Made by a program: the position numbers and the translations under genes. This document shows positions 7,910 through 16,671 of a stretch of DNA of 64,000 nucleotides, one piece after another. Numbering within the stretch: position 1 is the first letter of the stretch; every line of letters starts with the position of its first letter. This DNA comes from a virus: the UHGV virus genome UHGV-0039337; one strand, written 5' to 3'. The notes under the pieces are model-generated. The model was not told the origin of the DNA, searched no databases, and saw only the letters and a list, made by a program, of their open reading frames with translations.

Positions 7910-10828
7910 ATGGGTGTATTTGATAGCGAATTGACACTTCCTGGTGTCATTACAGAGATACTACCAAAAACAATAAGCACTGGTGCCGGTGCTGAATTTG
8001 GTACAACAGAATCTGTTACTATAATAGGTACTGCTTTTAATGGACCGGTTGGAGAACCTATTCCAATAGGTCTACCAGAACAAGCTATATACTATTTTGG
8101 TGATTCTTTTGATCCTAATACTAAGAGAGAAGCTACACTTGTTCCAGAAATTCAAGATGCATATGATAGAGGATGTAGAACTATTTATGGCGTTAGAGTC
8201 GGCGGAAAAGAAATGTATAAAGATTATGATTTAGCTATAGAAACAGATTTAAAACTAAGAGTCGCTGGTTATTATCCACATAATGAAAATAAAAAATGTT
8301 TTATGACTTATCAAGCTAGCCAAGGTTCAGAAGATGCATTTGGTGTTGATGAAGGTGTTATTAAAATATATAAACCAGCTGACAGAACAACAATAGCAGA
8401 AAAAACTAGTGGTGTTGTTGATAGTATGGATACAATACTTGTTACTAAAATTAATTTAGATTCTGAAGGTTTTACTAAAGATTCTAGATTATGTGATGTG
8501 CTTGATACTATTAATAATAAACCTACAAATAATGTATTAAAATTCTATTTTGTTGATAAAAATGGTGCTAAAAGAACTAACGCAGACAAAGAGGTTCAAA
8601 AAATTCCTGTTGGTGCTTTATTCCCTGGTATATACACTATATGTAGAGAAGAAGCAGGTCCTGGCGTTAATCAATTAGTAACTAACGTAAGTGTAGTAAG
8701 AGCTAAAGAGCAAAAATTATATCCATTAAGTGATTCTGTAGTATGGAAAAAATTAATTGCTAATACTGATCCTAGCAAACCATATCCTATAGGAGCTGAA
8801 ACTTTTGCTCAATTAAGCCATTTATTAAAAAGTATGGGAGTCATTACATCTTATGATTTTCTTGAAACTGTAGGAGAAATAGATAAATTAGCAGTAGCTA
8901 ATAAAGTAGACTATGAAGAAGTTGATATTGACGGATTCGAGTTGTACAAAAAATTAGGATCAGGATTTTTAAGAACTGCTAAATTAAAAGAAGTAGGAAA
9001 AGACAAAGATCAAAACCCTAAATATAAAGTTGTATCTGCTCCAGACGGAGACACTCATAGAGTAGTGGCTGTTGAAGATGGTATTTATTCTACTTTAAGA
9101 ATGCATAATACAGATTATACAGTATTAGCTGCAGCTACTTGCGAAACTGATGCAACAGGAAATTTACCTAAAAAATCTAAGTTTAAAAAAGCTAAAGCTT
9201 CAATAATAACATTATCAGACGCAACTTCAAAAGAATATATAAAAGTTACTTCTAAAATAGATGAAAAGAATTATACTGATGATCTAATAGGATATAAATT
9301 TGTAATAAAAAAAGCTGATCGTACTAAAATGAAAGAAGCAGAAATATTAAATAAATTATCTAATGTTAAATTTAGATTGCTTCCTGAGTTAAAAACAGTT
9401 CCTACTGCTGAAGAAGTTACAGGAGTTGCTGAAGGAACATTGGCATTCTGTACAGCTGACAGTAAACTTTACAAATTAACTGAAAAAAAATTTGTTGTAG
9501 CTGATCCAGCTTTAATAGGAAATGTTAATATATTAGCTGGTATGAATGATGGCAAAACAGGAAGAAATGCATTTGAATTTAAAGCTGGTGCAGAAGATGT
9601 TCCATATACTTTAATGACAGATGAACGCTTAAAAGCTTTAGACCCTGATAAAGATTTATTTGTTGTTATGTCTGAAGACAGTGCTTTAATATATAAAATT
9701 GAAGGAGCAAATCTTGTACCTTTCTGTTCTTTAAAAGATGTAGCTGATGATATATTTAGTGAAGAAGACTTTACTGCAGTATGTGCAGAAAAAGATCTTC
9801 CAAAATTAACTGGAAATGATAATACTACTGTTGTCAATATTTTATCTACTGAATTAGAATATTCAAGTGTTGAAGAATTTGTAGATACTTTAAATGAAAA
9901 CGCTGCATTGAAAAATAGATTTATATTTGAAGTTACTGGAGAAGTAGCTGCTGATGATATGGTAGAAATAGCAGGAGAAGGAAATAACAGAAAAGAAGGT
10001 TATATATATGATACTTCATTATATATTCCTTATACTACTACTGATAATTTCGCTAGACATTTAGCACAACATTGCTTCTATACTTCATTACAATCTTATC
10101 CAACTCATGGTATTATAGGATGCGATAAATTAACTGGTGTTACTTTATCTACTATATCTGAAAGAGTTGATAATGTTAGTTCATTAAAATTAGATATGTA
10201 CGCTAAAAAATATAATGGTAATAATATATATACTTCTAATAATTTACCTTATTGTATAGGTAGATGCGTATCTATAGTATTCGCTCAATATCCAGTAACT
10301 ACTGGTAATGGATACGGTTACATATCTTCAGGTGCATCTGGATATGCTGGTATGTTATCAACATTAGATGCTGATACATCTTCTACTAACCAAAACATAA
10401 ACATAAAACCTGATGCTTTAATGTTAAACTTATCAAATTACCAATTAACTAAATTAAATACTACTGGTATAGTATGTTTTAGAAAAGTTGGAGATGTAGT
10501 TAAAGTTGTAGATGGTATAACTCAAGATGAAGCTGATTCTCCATATAGAAGATTATCTACTATTAAAATAATGAATGCTACAGCTAAATTATTGAGAGAT
10601 GCAATATTACCATTTATAGGTAAAACTAGATCTGATGAAACTATGAACGCTATGGAAACAGCTATTAAATCAGTATTAAATAAAGTTACTGGAGTACTTA
10701 TTGCTAATTACTCATATAACATATCTTCAGAAACTGATGATAATTACTTAGGAATAGTAAGAATAAGATATGCAATTACTCCAGCATACGAAATTAAACA
10801 AGTATTCAATGAATTAGAAATAAGCTAG
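7910..10828 (+). CDS. Tail sheath protein, 972 aa.
   Basis: RBS aaaggagg. N-terminal LPGVITEI-type start. C-terminal region matches the sheath C-terminal domain pattern (GIVCFRKVGDVVKVVDGITQDE...YRRLSTIKIM...LGIVRIRYAITPAYEI). Sits directly upstream of the tube gene. Confidence 0.8.
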   Translation: MGVFDSELTLPGVITEILPKTISTGAGAEFGTTESVTIIGTAFNGPVGEPIPIGLPEQAIYYFGDSFDPNTKREATLVPEIQDAYDRGCRTIYGVRVGGKEMYKDYDLAIETDLKLRVAGYYPHNENKKCFMTYQASQGSEDAFGVDEGVIKIYKPADRTTIAEKTSGVVDSMDTILVTKINLDSEGFTKDSRLCDVLDTINNKPTNNVLKFYFVDKNGAKRTNADKEVQKIPVGALFPGIYTICREEAGPGVNQLVTNVSVVRAKEQKLYPLSDSVVWKKLIANTDPSKPYPIGAETFAQLSHLLKSMGVITSYDFLETVGEIDKLAVANKVDYEEVDIDGFELYKKLGSGFLRTAKLKEVGKDKDQNPKYKVVSAPDGDTHRVVAVEDGIYSTLRMHNTDYTVLAAATCETDATGNLPKKSKFKKAKASIITLSDATSKEYIKVTSKIDEKNYTDDLIGYKFVIKKADRTKMKEAEILNKLSNVKFRLLPELKTVPTAEEVTGVAEGTLAFCTADSKLYKLTEKKFVVADPALIGNVNILAGMNDGKTGRNAFEFKAGAEDVPYTLMTDERLKALDPDKDLFVVMSEDSALIYKIEGANLVPFCSLKDVADDIFSEEDFTAVCAEKDLPKLTGNDNTTVVNILSTELEYSSVEEFVDTLNENAALKNRFIFEVTGEVAADDMVEIAGEGNNRKEGYIYDTSLYIPYTTTDNFARHLAQHCFYTSLQSYPTHGIIGCDKLTGVTLSTISERVDNVSSLKLDMYAKKYNGNNIYTSNNLPYCIGRCVSIVFAQYPVTTGNGYGYISSGASGYAGMLSTLDADTSSTNQNINIKPDALMLNLSNYQLTKLNTTGIVCFRKVGDVVKVVDGITQDEADSPYRRLSTIKIMNATAKLLRDAILPFIGKTRSDETMNAMETAIKSVLNKVTGVLIANYSYNISSETDDNYLGIVRIRYAITPAYEIKQVFNELEIS

Positions 10829-10860
10829 GAGATACATTTAAGTATCTCCTTAATATAAAT
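10827..10860 (+). terminator. Rho-independent terminator after the sheath gene.
   Basis: 9-bp stem aggagatac/gtatctcct (10827-10835 / 10842-10850), 6-nt loop, then an A/T-rich tail. Confidence 0.5.
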
Positions 10861-10879
10861 TTATTAAGGAGGAGTCTAA

Positions 10880-11527
10880 ATGGCTGATGTAGATAAATAC
10901 ACAAAAACATATAGCACATTTGGAGGGTCAGATATTGTATGCTCTTTTGATGACGTAGTCATAGGAGAATGCCAAGCAATAACTTATAGTATCACAAGAG
11001 AAAAAGTTGCTGTATATACACTTGGAAGTGCAGAACCTAGATCATTTTCTAGAGGTAAAAGAGGAATAGCAGGAAACCTTGTATTTATTGTCTTTAATAG
11101 AGACTCTTTATTAAGTTCTCTAGGAGATAGAAAAATAACTAAATACAAAGGTAATGATACAGTTACTTTAATAGATGAATTTGATACTAGATTTTTATCT
11201 ATGGATAAATGGGATGACTATATGACTAATGCAGCATTAGATACTTCAGGAAAACCTGATGAATATACTAATGCTTTGGTTAATGATAAAGCTACTCCTG
11301 TTTATGCAGATGAATTATTACCATTTGATATAACTATATCTTGTGCAAATGAATATGGTCAAAGAGCTGTTACAGTTGTATATGGTGTAGAAATTCTTAA
11401 TGAAGGCGTGGGATTCTCAATAGATTCTCCAACTTCTGAAAGAGCATATACATTTGTAGCAAGAGCTGTAGATTCTATGGTACCAGTTGCAGGAGATACT
11501 GAAAATAGAATATGGACTTCTTGGTAA
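10880..11527 (+). CDS. Tail tube protein, XkdM/gp19-like, 215 aa.
   Basis: RBS aaggagg. Tube-family motifs ITYSITREKVAVYTLGS...RGKRGIAGNLVFIVFNRDSLL and ITISCANEYGQRAVTVVYGVEI. Sits after the sheath. Confidence 0.7.
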   Translation: MADVDKYTKTYSTFGGSDIVCSFDDVVIGECQAITYSITREKVAVYTLGSAEPRSFSRGKRGIAGNLVFIVFNRDSLLSSLGDRKITKYKGNDTVTLIDEFDTRFLSMDKWDDYMTNAALDTSGKPDEYTNALVNDKATPVYADELLPFDITISCANEYGQRAVTVVYGVEILNEGVGFSIDSPTSERAYTFVARAVDSMVPVAGDTENRIWTSW

Positions 11528-11554
11528 GACAATAATAAATGTGTAATAAATATG

Positions 11555-11582
11555 TGAGGACTACTTAGTGGTCCTCATTTTT
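11555..11582 (+). terminator. Rho-independent terminator after the tube gene.
   Basis: 10-bp stem tgaggactac/gtggtcctca with one G-U pair, loop tta, followed by ttttt (11578-11582). Confidence 0.6.
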
Positions 11583-11600
11583 AATATAAAGAAAAATGAG

Positions 11601-14390
11601 GTGATTTTTATTACTAAATTAATTAGTTACGATAATTACAATAGCTTTTCTGGTTGTGATGTTGTAGTTAGTGCGCAAATGGCACCTATTAATAATGGCA
11701 ATACTATGAAGACGCATGTTTTAGGATCATTACAAACTATAAGTTATTCTACACATCAAGATAGAGCCCCTGTACGTAGTATAGGTAATATAAATGCAAT
11801 AGATTATGTTCAAGGTCAAAGAACTGTGGCTGGTACTATGGTTTTTGCAATGTTTCATGAACATTGGATGATACCTTTATTAAAAGAATTATCTACTTAT
11901 GTAACAAATACAGATATTTGGAGTGATGAATTACCAGCACTTAATTTAACAATATCTATGGCTAATGAATATGGTTATAAATCAAATATGGTTATTTATG
12001 GAGTTAAATTTATAGACGATGGTGGTGTTATGTCTATTAATGACTTGTATACTGAAAATACTTTACAATATGTTGCTACTGGAATACAGCCACTGAGAAC
12101 TTCTGGTGAATATCAGCATGATTATAAAACAAAGACTAGACCTTTTAAAATATCCAATACTTCTTATTCTAGAAGTTGGAGTTGGAGCGGAATGAATACA
12201 TATGAAAAAGAATGGGCACCAAATTATAAAACTGTAACAGTTGACAATACAGTTTTTTCTCCTAAAAAATATGTATCTTCGTTAAATGCTATATTAGATT
12301 CTCCAGTAGTAAAACATAAAGAGCATGATTTTGTTGTAAAAATAACTTCAGATGATAAATATGAGCATCAAATAACAAATATGTTTCTAGTTGATACTAA
12401 AACAAATGAAAGCTATACTGCTACCAATGATCCAATACATAATATTTGGGCATTAGAAGTTCCTGAAGGAATGTATAATGTTGGTATACAAGATAGCTAT
12501 GGAAATGTTTTTAATGAAATTTGGTCTATTGATGTGTCTGATTCTAATAATCAGCATAATGTATACGTAAATAACAACGATAGTAATAATAAATATAATT
12601 TTAGTAATAATACTGATGTTGATGCTACATACGAAGTTTCACTTCATAATATATATAAAGATTGTCCAATTATATGTGAAGTTGGAGACACAAACATGAA
12701 AGTATTGTTAAATAATAATTACGATTACATTGTAGCAACAAGACTTAAAGAAGGTAATGAAAATAACTTATTTGTTGACGAACCTACAGATGAAGTATTA
12801 AAATATAAAATTTCAACTAACATTTCAATAGGGCAGTCTAATAATAAAGAAATTTTTGTAGAGGATTTAAAACCCAATACTAAATATTCTGTTTATGGTT
12901 ATAATTCTCAAACTAAAAATAAAAGTGAAGAGGTTACAGTTAAAACTTTTTCTAATCAATATGCTATTAATAATATGTTAAAAAAATACATAACAACTAA
13001 TACTAATATTTTGATTAATAAAGATTTACCTTCGTATGATTTTAATTTAAACAAATACGAATACAATAATATTATTGACGCTATACTTGATTTAGAAGAT
13101 AATGATAAAAAAACAGAACTTTTATTTTATGCTGTTAAATTACAAAATGAATTGAATAAATCATTTAATGATAGCGGTGTAAAAAGTGTTATTGATTTTA
13201 ATGATGAAGGGATGCTGACAAGTAATTTTGTTATAGATGATCCTGTAAATTCTGTTGTTGTTTTTAAAAAAATAAAATCTAAAAATTACTATATTTCTAA
13301 AGATAATCCGTCATATAATTATCAATATATAGGTAAACCTAACATTCATTATTTTCTTCAACCTATATTAAAAAATAATAAAAAATCTTCTCGTGTGGAT
13401 TTTGTATGTTTTACTGATAAACAGCAAGAACTATTAAAAAAATACATTGGAAATAATTTATCTGACTTAACGTTTTTAGATCAAAGTTATACATACAATA
13501 ATTATAATTCTAAATTGAAATCTGCTATCAAAGCAGCAAATAATTTAATTCTATATAAAGATATTTTAAATGCTCCTTATGCAAAATTGTATAATGATAC
13601 ACTTGTTGTTGACGTTAATTATGCAGAAAATAATAAAGAAAATTTATTGTATTTATGTATAGCTACTCCAGAAAACGCTATATCAAACATGCCAATACGA
13701 AAAGTAGAATTTAAAAATAAAACTACTTTACATTTAGAAAAATATGACTCATGTGTGTTAAAAGATAACTATTATTTATTATGGATACAAGATAAAAACT
13801 TTAATAATATTTCACCAGCATTTATTTTATCTACATATAATAATGATACAGATATTAATGATTATTATTATAATAAATGTAAGAGTGCTTTACATACTAT
13901 GTCTATTTTATTTTCAGAAGATTCTGTATATAAAAAGTATTTTGTTAATGCTGTTAACACTTTATTAGCAGAAGATGATCTAAAATACAAAGACTTTAAT
14001 TATCGTATTTTACAAACCATATTCATTCTATATATTGATACCTTAACTCCTTATTCTGTAGATGATATTATCTTTTCTGTAATAAATACATGTTTCCCTG
14101 TTGATAAGTCAATTACACTTAAAGCAAAGAAAGATTGTAATATACTATCTTTTTCTAACAGTAATAATGTTAATACATATATATCTTGCGTAACTATTAC
14201 TCAAAATAATATTATAAAAAACAGCTTTTTAACGTACTATGATGTAGATTTATATAATGATGGTTATACTTTATTATCTTTAATAGATTCATCATATAAT
14301 TATACGTTTGGCTATATTCTCGTAAACAACGTAACAAAAGAAATATACGTTAGTAATATAGAATTAGAGGTGGAGAACAATGACTGCTAA
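11601..14390 (+). CDS. Tail tube paralog with a ~700-aa C-terminal extension (about 930 aa in total).
   Basis: The N-terminal ~200 aa align to the upstream tube protein (ISYSTHQDRAPVRSIGN...QGQRTVAGTMVFAMF; LNLTISMANEYGYKSNMVIYGVKF). The track start GTG 11568 lies inside the terminator stem. The true start is probably GTG 11601 or ATT 11610 just after the RBS gaggtga. The remainder is N/Y-rich and of unknown function. Confidence 0.6.
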   Translation: MIFITKLISYDNYNSFSGCDVVVSAQMAPINNGNTMKTHVLGSLQTISYSTHQDRAPVRSIGNINAIDYVQGQRTVAGTMVFAMFHEHWMIPLLKELSTYVTNTDIWSDELPALNLTISMANEYGYKSNMVIYGVKFIDDGGVMSINDLYTENTLQYVATGIQPLRTSGEYQHDYKTKTRPFKISNTSYSRSWSWSGMNTYEKEWAPNYKTVTVDNTVFSPKKYVSSLNAILDSPVVKHKEHDFVVKITSDDKYEHQITNMFLVDTKTNESYTATNDPIHNIWALEVPEGMYNVGIQDSYGNVFNEIWSIDVSDSNNQHNVYVNNNDSNNKYNFSNNTDVDATYEVSLHNIYKDCPIICEVGDTNMKVLLNNNYDYIVATRLKEGNENNLFVDEPTDEVLKYKISTNISIGQSNNKEIFVEDLKPNTKYSVYGYNSQTKNKSEEVTVKTFSNQYAINNMLKKYITTNTNILINKDLPSYDFNLNKYEYNNIIDAILDLEDNDKKTELLFYAVKLQNELNKSFNDSGVKSVIDFNDEGMLTSNFVIDDPVNSVVVFKKIKSKNYYISKDNPSYNYQYIGKPNIHYFLQPILKNNKKSSRVDFVCFTDKQQELLKKYIGNNLSDLTFLDQSYTYNNYNSKLKSAIKAANNLILYKDILNAPYAKLYNDTLVVDVNYAENNKENLLYLCIATPENAISNMPIRKVEFKNKTTLHLEKYDSCVLKDNYYLLWIQDKNFNNISPAFILSTYNNDTDINDYYYNKCKSALHTMSILFSEDSVYKKYFVNAVNTLLAEDDLKYKDFNYRILQTIFILYIDTLTPYSVDDIIFSVINTCFPVDKSITLKAKKDCNILSFSNSNNVNTYISCVTITQNNIIKNSFLTYYDVDLYNDGYTLLSLIDSSYNYTFGYILVNNVTKEIYVSNIELEVENNDC

Positions 14391-15429
14391 TTATTACAAG
14401 TATAGTACTAAGATGAATGATAGAACTTATTTTACTAGTGTAGTAACAAATAAATCTGGAATCGATAAACGTTATTTTTCTAATGTAGAAAGTGAAATAT
14501 ATTTTGGAGATAAAGAGATGACAGATTTATATCAGTTTGAATTTGGTATAGATGAAAAAGTACTTCCTATTTATGGCTATAATTGTTATTATGCATCAGA
14601 GCTTGTTAATGGTCAAAGAATAGTGCAGGGACAGTTTGTAGTTAACTATACTGACACTATGCTTATACAGAACACTTTAAGCAATATAGACAATAGTGTA
14701 CGAAAAGAAAAAAGTGTTGAAAAGTATAAACCAGGTGGAGATTTGCATCATGCTATATATGATAAAGAATTTGATATAACAATCGGTTATGGATATTATA
14801 ATATAAAAGGAAAACAAACATATAATGCTACATGTCAAACTATATTAGGAACTAAAATAACTGGTATGCATAAAGTAGTAGATACTACTGGTCAACCTAT
14901 ATTAGAAGTATTTACTTTCGTGGCTAAAGACTTTATAGAAGAAAATATAACGCAGTCTCCTCCTGATAATTCAAATAATAAAAAAGATGACTCAACCGTT
15001 AAAGATAAAGATAATCAGAGTCTTAGTTCACTTTATGTATGTAGTGATGCTTATAATAGTAAACAAATAAATAAAAACAATTCTTATGTAAAACAAAACG
15101 CTGGATGCGAACATTTTATAAATAATATAACTTATTCTTCTGGTATAATTACGGTAAATGTTCAATCCGGTAACAATAAAAAATTAACGTTAATATCTGG
15201 ATCTGTAGAATTAACAGAAAAGTTAAGCAATAATATTGCAATTCCCGTATTTGATTTTACTAGCGTTTCTAAATCTACTGGTACTGTAAATTTAAATACT
15301 AAATATTCTTCTTTAATAGACAAAGCAAAAAAGAACGGTAAAAATAAAATAAAATGTACACTTAGATATAAAGTAAAAACATCAAAAGAGTACAATGTAA
15401 TTTATAAAGATGGTCATATTTATATATAA
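14380..15429 (+). CDS. Third tail tube paralog (349 aa) with a C-terminal extension.
   Basis: Aligns to both upstream tube proteins (FEFGIDEKVLPIYGYNCYYASELVNGQRIVQGQFVVNYTDTMLI). RBS gaggtgga. Overlaps the upstream stop by 11 nt. Confidence 0.55.
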   Translation: MTANYYKYSTKMNDRTYFTSVVTNKSGIDKRYFSNVESEIYFGDKEMTDLYQFEFGIDEKVLPIYGYNCYYASELVNGQRIVQGQFVVNYTDTMLIQNTLSNIDNSVRKEKSVEKYKPGGDLHHAIYDKEFDITIGYGYYNIKGKQTYNATCQTILGTKITGMHKVVDTTGQPILEVFTFVAKDFIEENITQSPPDNSNNKKDDSTVKDKDNQSLSSLYVCSDAYNSKQINKNNSYVKQNAGCEHFINNITYSSGIITVNVQSGNNKKLTLISGSVELTEKLSNNIAIPVFDFTSVSKSTGTVNLNTKYSSLIDKAKKNGKNKIKCTLRYKVKTSKEYNVIYKDGHIYI

Positions 15430-15448
15430 AAATGGAGGATGATATATA

Positions 15449-15826
15449 ATGAAAATAGAAAAGGAAGCTAAGGCTACAAAACAAGAACAAGTTATAGAAC
15501 CTGAAGATTTATCTTTTGCTAGAAAGTTAGCTGAATTAAAAAAGACTAATAAGAGAGTATATATGACTGAGATAGCAGGAGAAAAAATATTATGGAGACC
15601 TCTTAAGCGTTCAGAATATAAAGCTGTGCTTAATATGGAATTTCCAGAAGGAATGAGTGAAGATGATAAAATATATGATCGTGAAACTTTTATAGCAGAG
15701 CATGTAATTTTATACCCAGAAGGGATAACAGAAGATATAGCATTAGTAGCAGAAATAATAACTACTGCCTGTATGGATAAATCAGGATTTAGCGAAAGAA
15801 AAACATTTACAACTGAAGAGGTGTAA
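15449..15826 (+). CDS. Tail assembly chaperone (XkdN/gpG-like position), 125 aa.
   Basis: Small acidic ORF between tube and tape-measure genes. RBS tggaggatga. Confidence 0.55.
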   Translation: MKIEKEAKATKQEQVIEPEDLSFARKLAELKKTNKRVYMTEIAGEKILWRPLKRSEYKAVLNMEFPEGMSEDDKIYDRETFIAEHVILYPEGITEDIALVAEIITTACMDKSGFSERKTFTTEEV

Positions 15827-15832
15827 AAATAA

Positions 15833-16657
15833 ATGTATAGCAGTTTAGAACGTACACGTGATAAGCTAATAGAAAAATATAAAGTAGTACAAGTGCACGT
15901 TATAGAAGATGAGCTATATATGTACAAATTATTATCAAAATTGGAATATGAAGCATTAACTTCTCAAATAGAAGATGAATTAGATTTACAAGATGCTATA
16001 GTTCAAAATTGTGTATTATATCCAGAGAATATTGATATAGATGATATGTTGCCTGGCGATGTATATGAATTGGCTAAAGAAATAGTTGAACAATCATGTA
16101 TATCACCAGAAGACCGTATGCTAATGCTTGAAGTATATAATTCTGAGATGGCTCAATTAGAAAATGTAATGGTTTGTCTTATAATGCGTGCTTTTCCTGC
16201 TTATAAATTAGACGAATTAGAAAATATGTCTTATCCTGAATTGTATAAATTATACAGTAGGGCTGAATGGTTTTTAATCAATATATTGCAAGAACCTCTT
16301 GAATTTTCTGCTTTAGATTCTTTAAAGACTGCAATACATGGTGAACAGCAACAACAATCTAGTTCTGATTATTATAATAATGGGCATGATTCTAAAGAGC
16401 AAGAAAATGCAGAACAACAAGAAGCACAAGAAGCACAGCCACAAGGTAAATATATGGGGCGTAATTTAAATGACGTAATGGCTGAAATTAATAATTCAAA
16501 TAGTAAACGTAAGCCAATGACAGAAGAACAACAAAGAGAATTAGAGAAATTTAAACAACAGTTTCCAGACATAGACATGAATCAAGATGCTATGTATACT
16601 GGCGTAATGTCAGAAAAAGCTGGCGTACCTAGAGGAGTTGCTAGAAAGAAATTTTAA
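15833..16657 (+). CDS. Second tail assembly chaperone (gpT-like position), 274 aa, with a Q/E-rich C-terminal tail. Paralogous to the preceding chaperone.
   Basis: Shares an E...VILYPEgI / VLYPENI module with the preceding ORF. Lies immediately upstream of the tape measure. Confidence 0.5.
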   Translation: MYSSLERTRDKLIEKYKVVQVHVIEDELYMYKLLSKLEYEALTSQIEDELDLQDAIVQNCVLYPENIDIDDMLPGDVYELAKEIVEQSCISPEDRMLMLEVYNSEMAQLENVMVCLIMRAFPAYKLDELENMSYPELYKLYSRAEWFLINILQEPLEFSALDSLKTAIHGEQQQQSSSDYYNNGHDSKEQENAEQQEAQEAQPQGKYMGRNLNDVMAEINNSNSKRKPMTEEQQRELEKFKQQFPDIDMNQDAMYTGVMSEKAGVPRGVARKKF

Positions 16658-16671
16658 TTGGTGGTGAATAA

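Noticed and set aside
11568-11600. GTG start at 11568 for the extended tube paralog, as given by the ORF track.
   Set aside because: It lies inside the stem of the tube-gene terminator hairpin and upstream of the RBS. Homology with the tube protein begins around 11610, so a later start is far more plausible.
15700-15840. Possible programmed -1 frameshift (gpG/gpGT-like) joining the two chaperone ORFs.
   Set aside because: The two ORFs are in the same frame and separated by two in-frame stops (TAA AAA TAA). No overlapping alternative frame exists and no slippery heptamer was seen.
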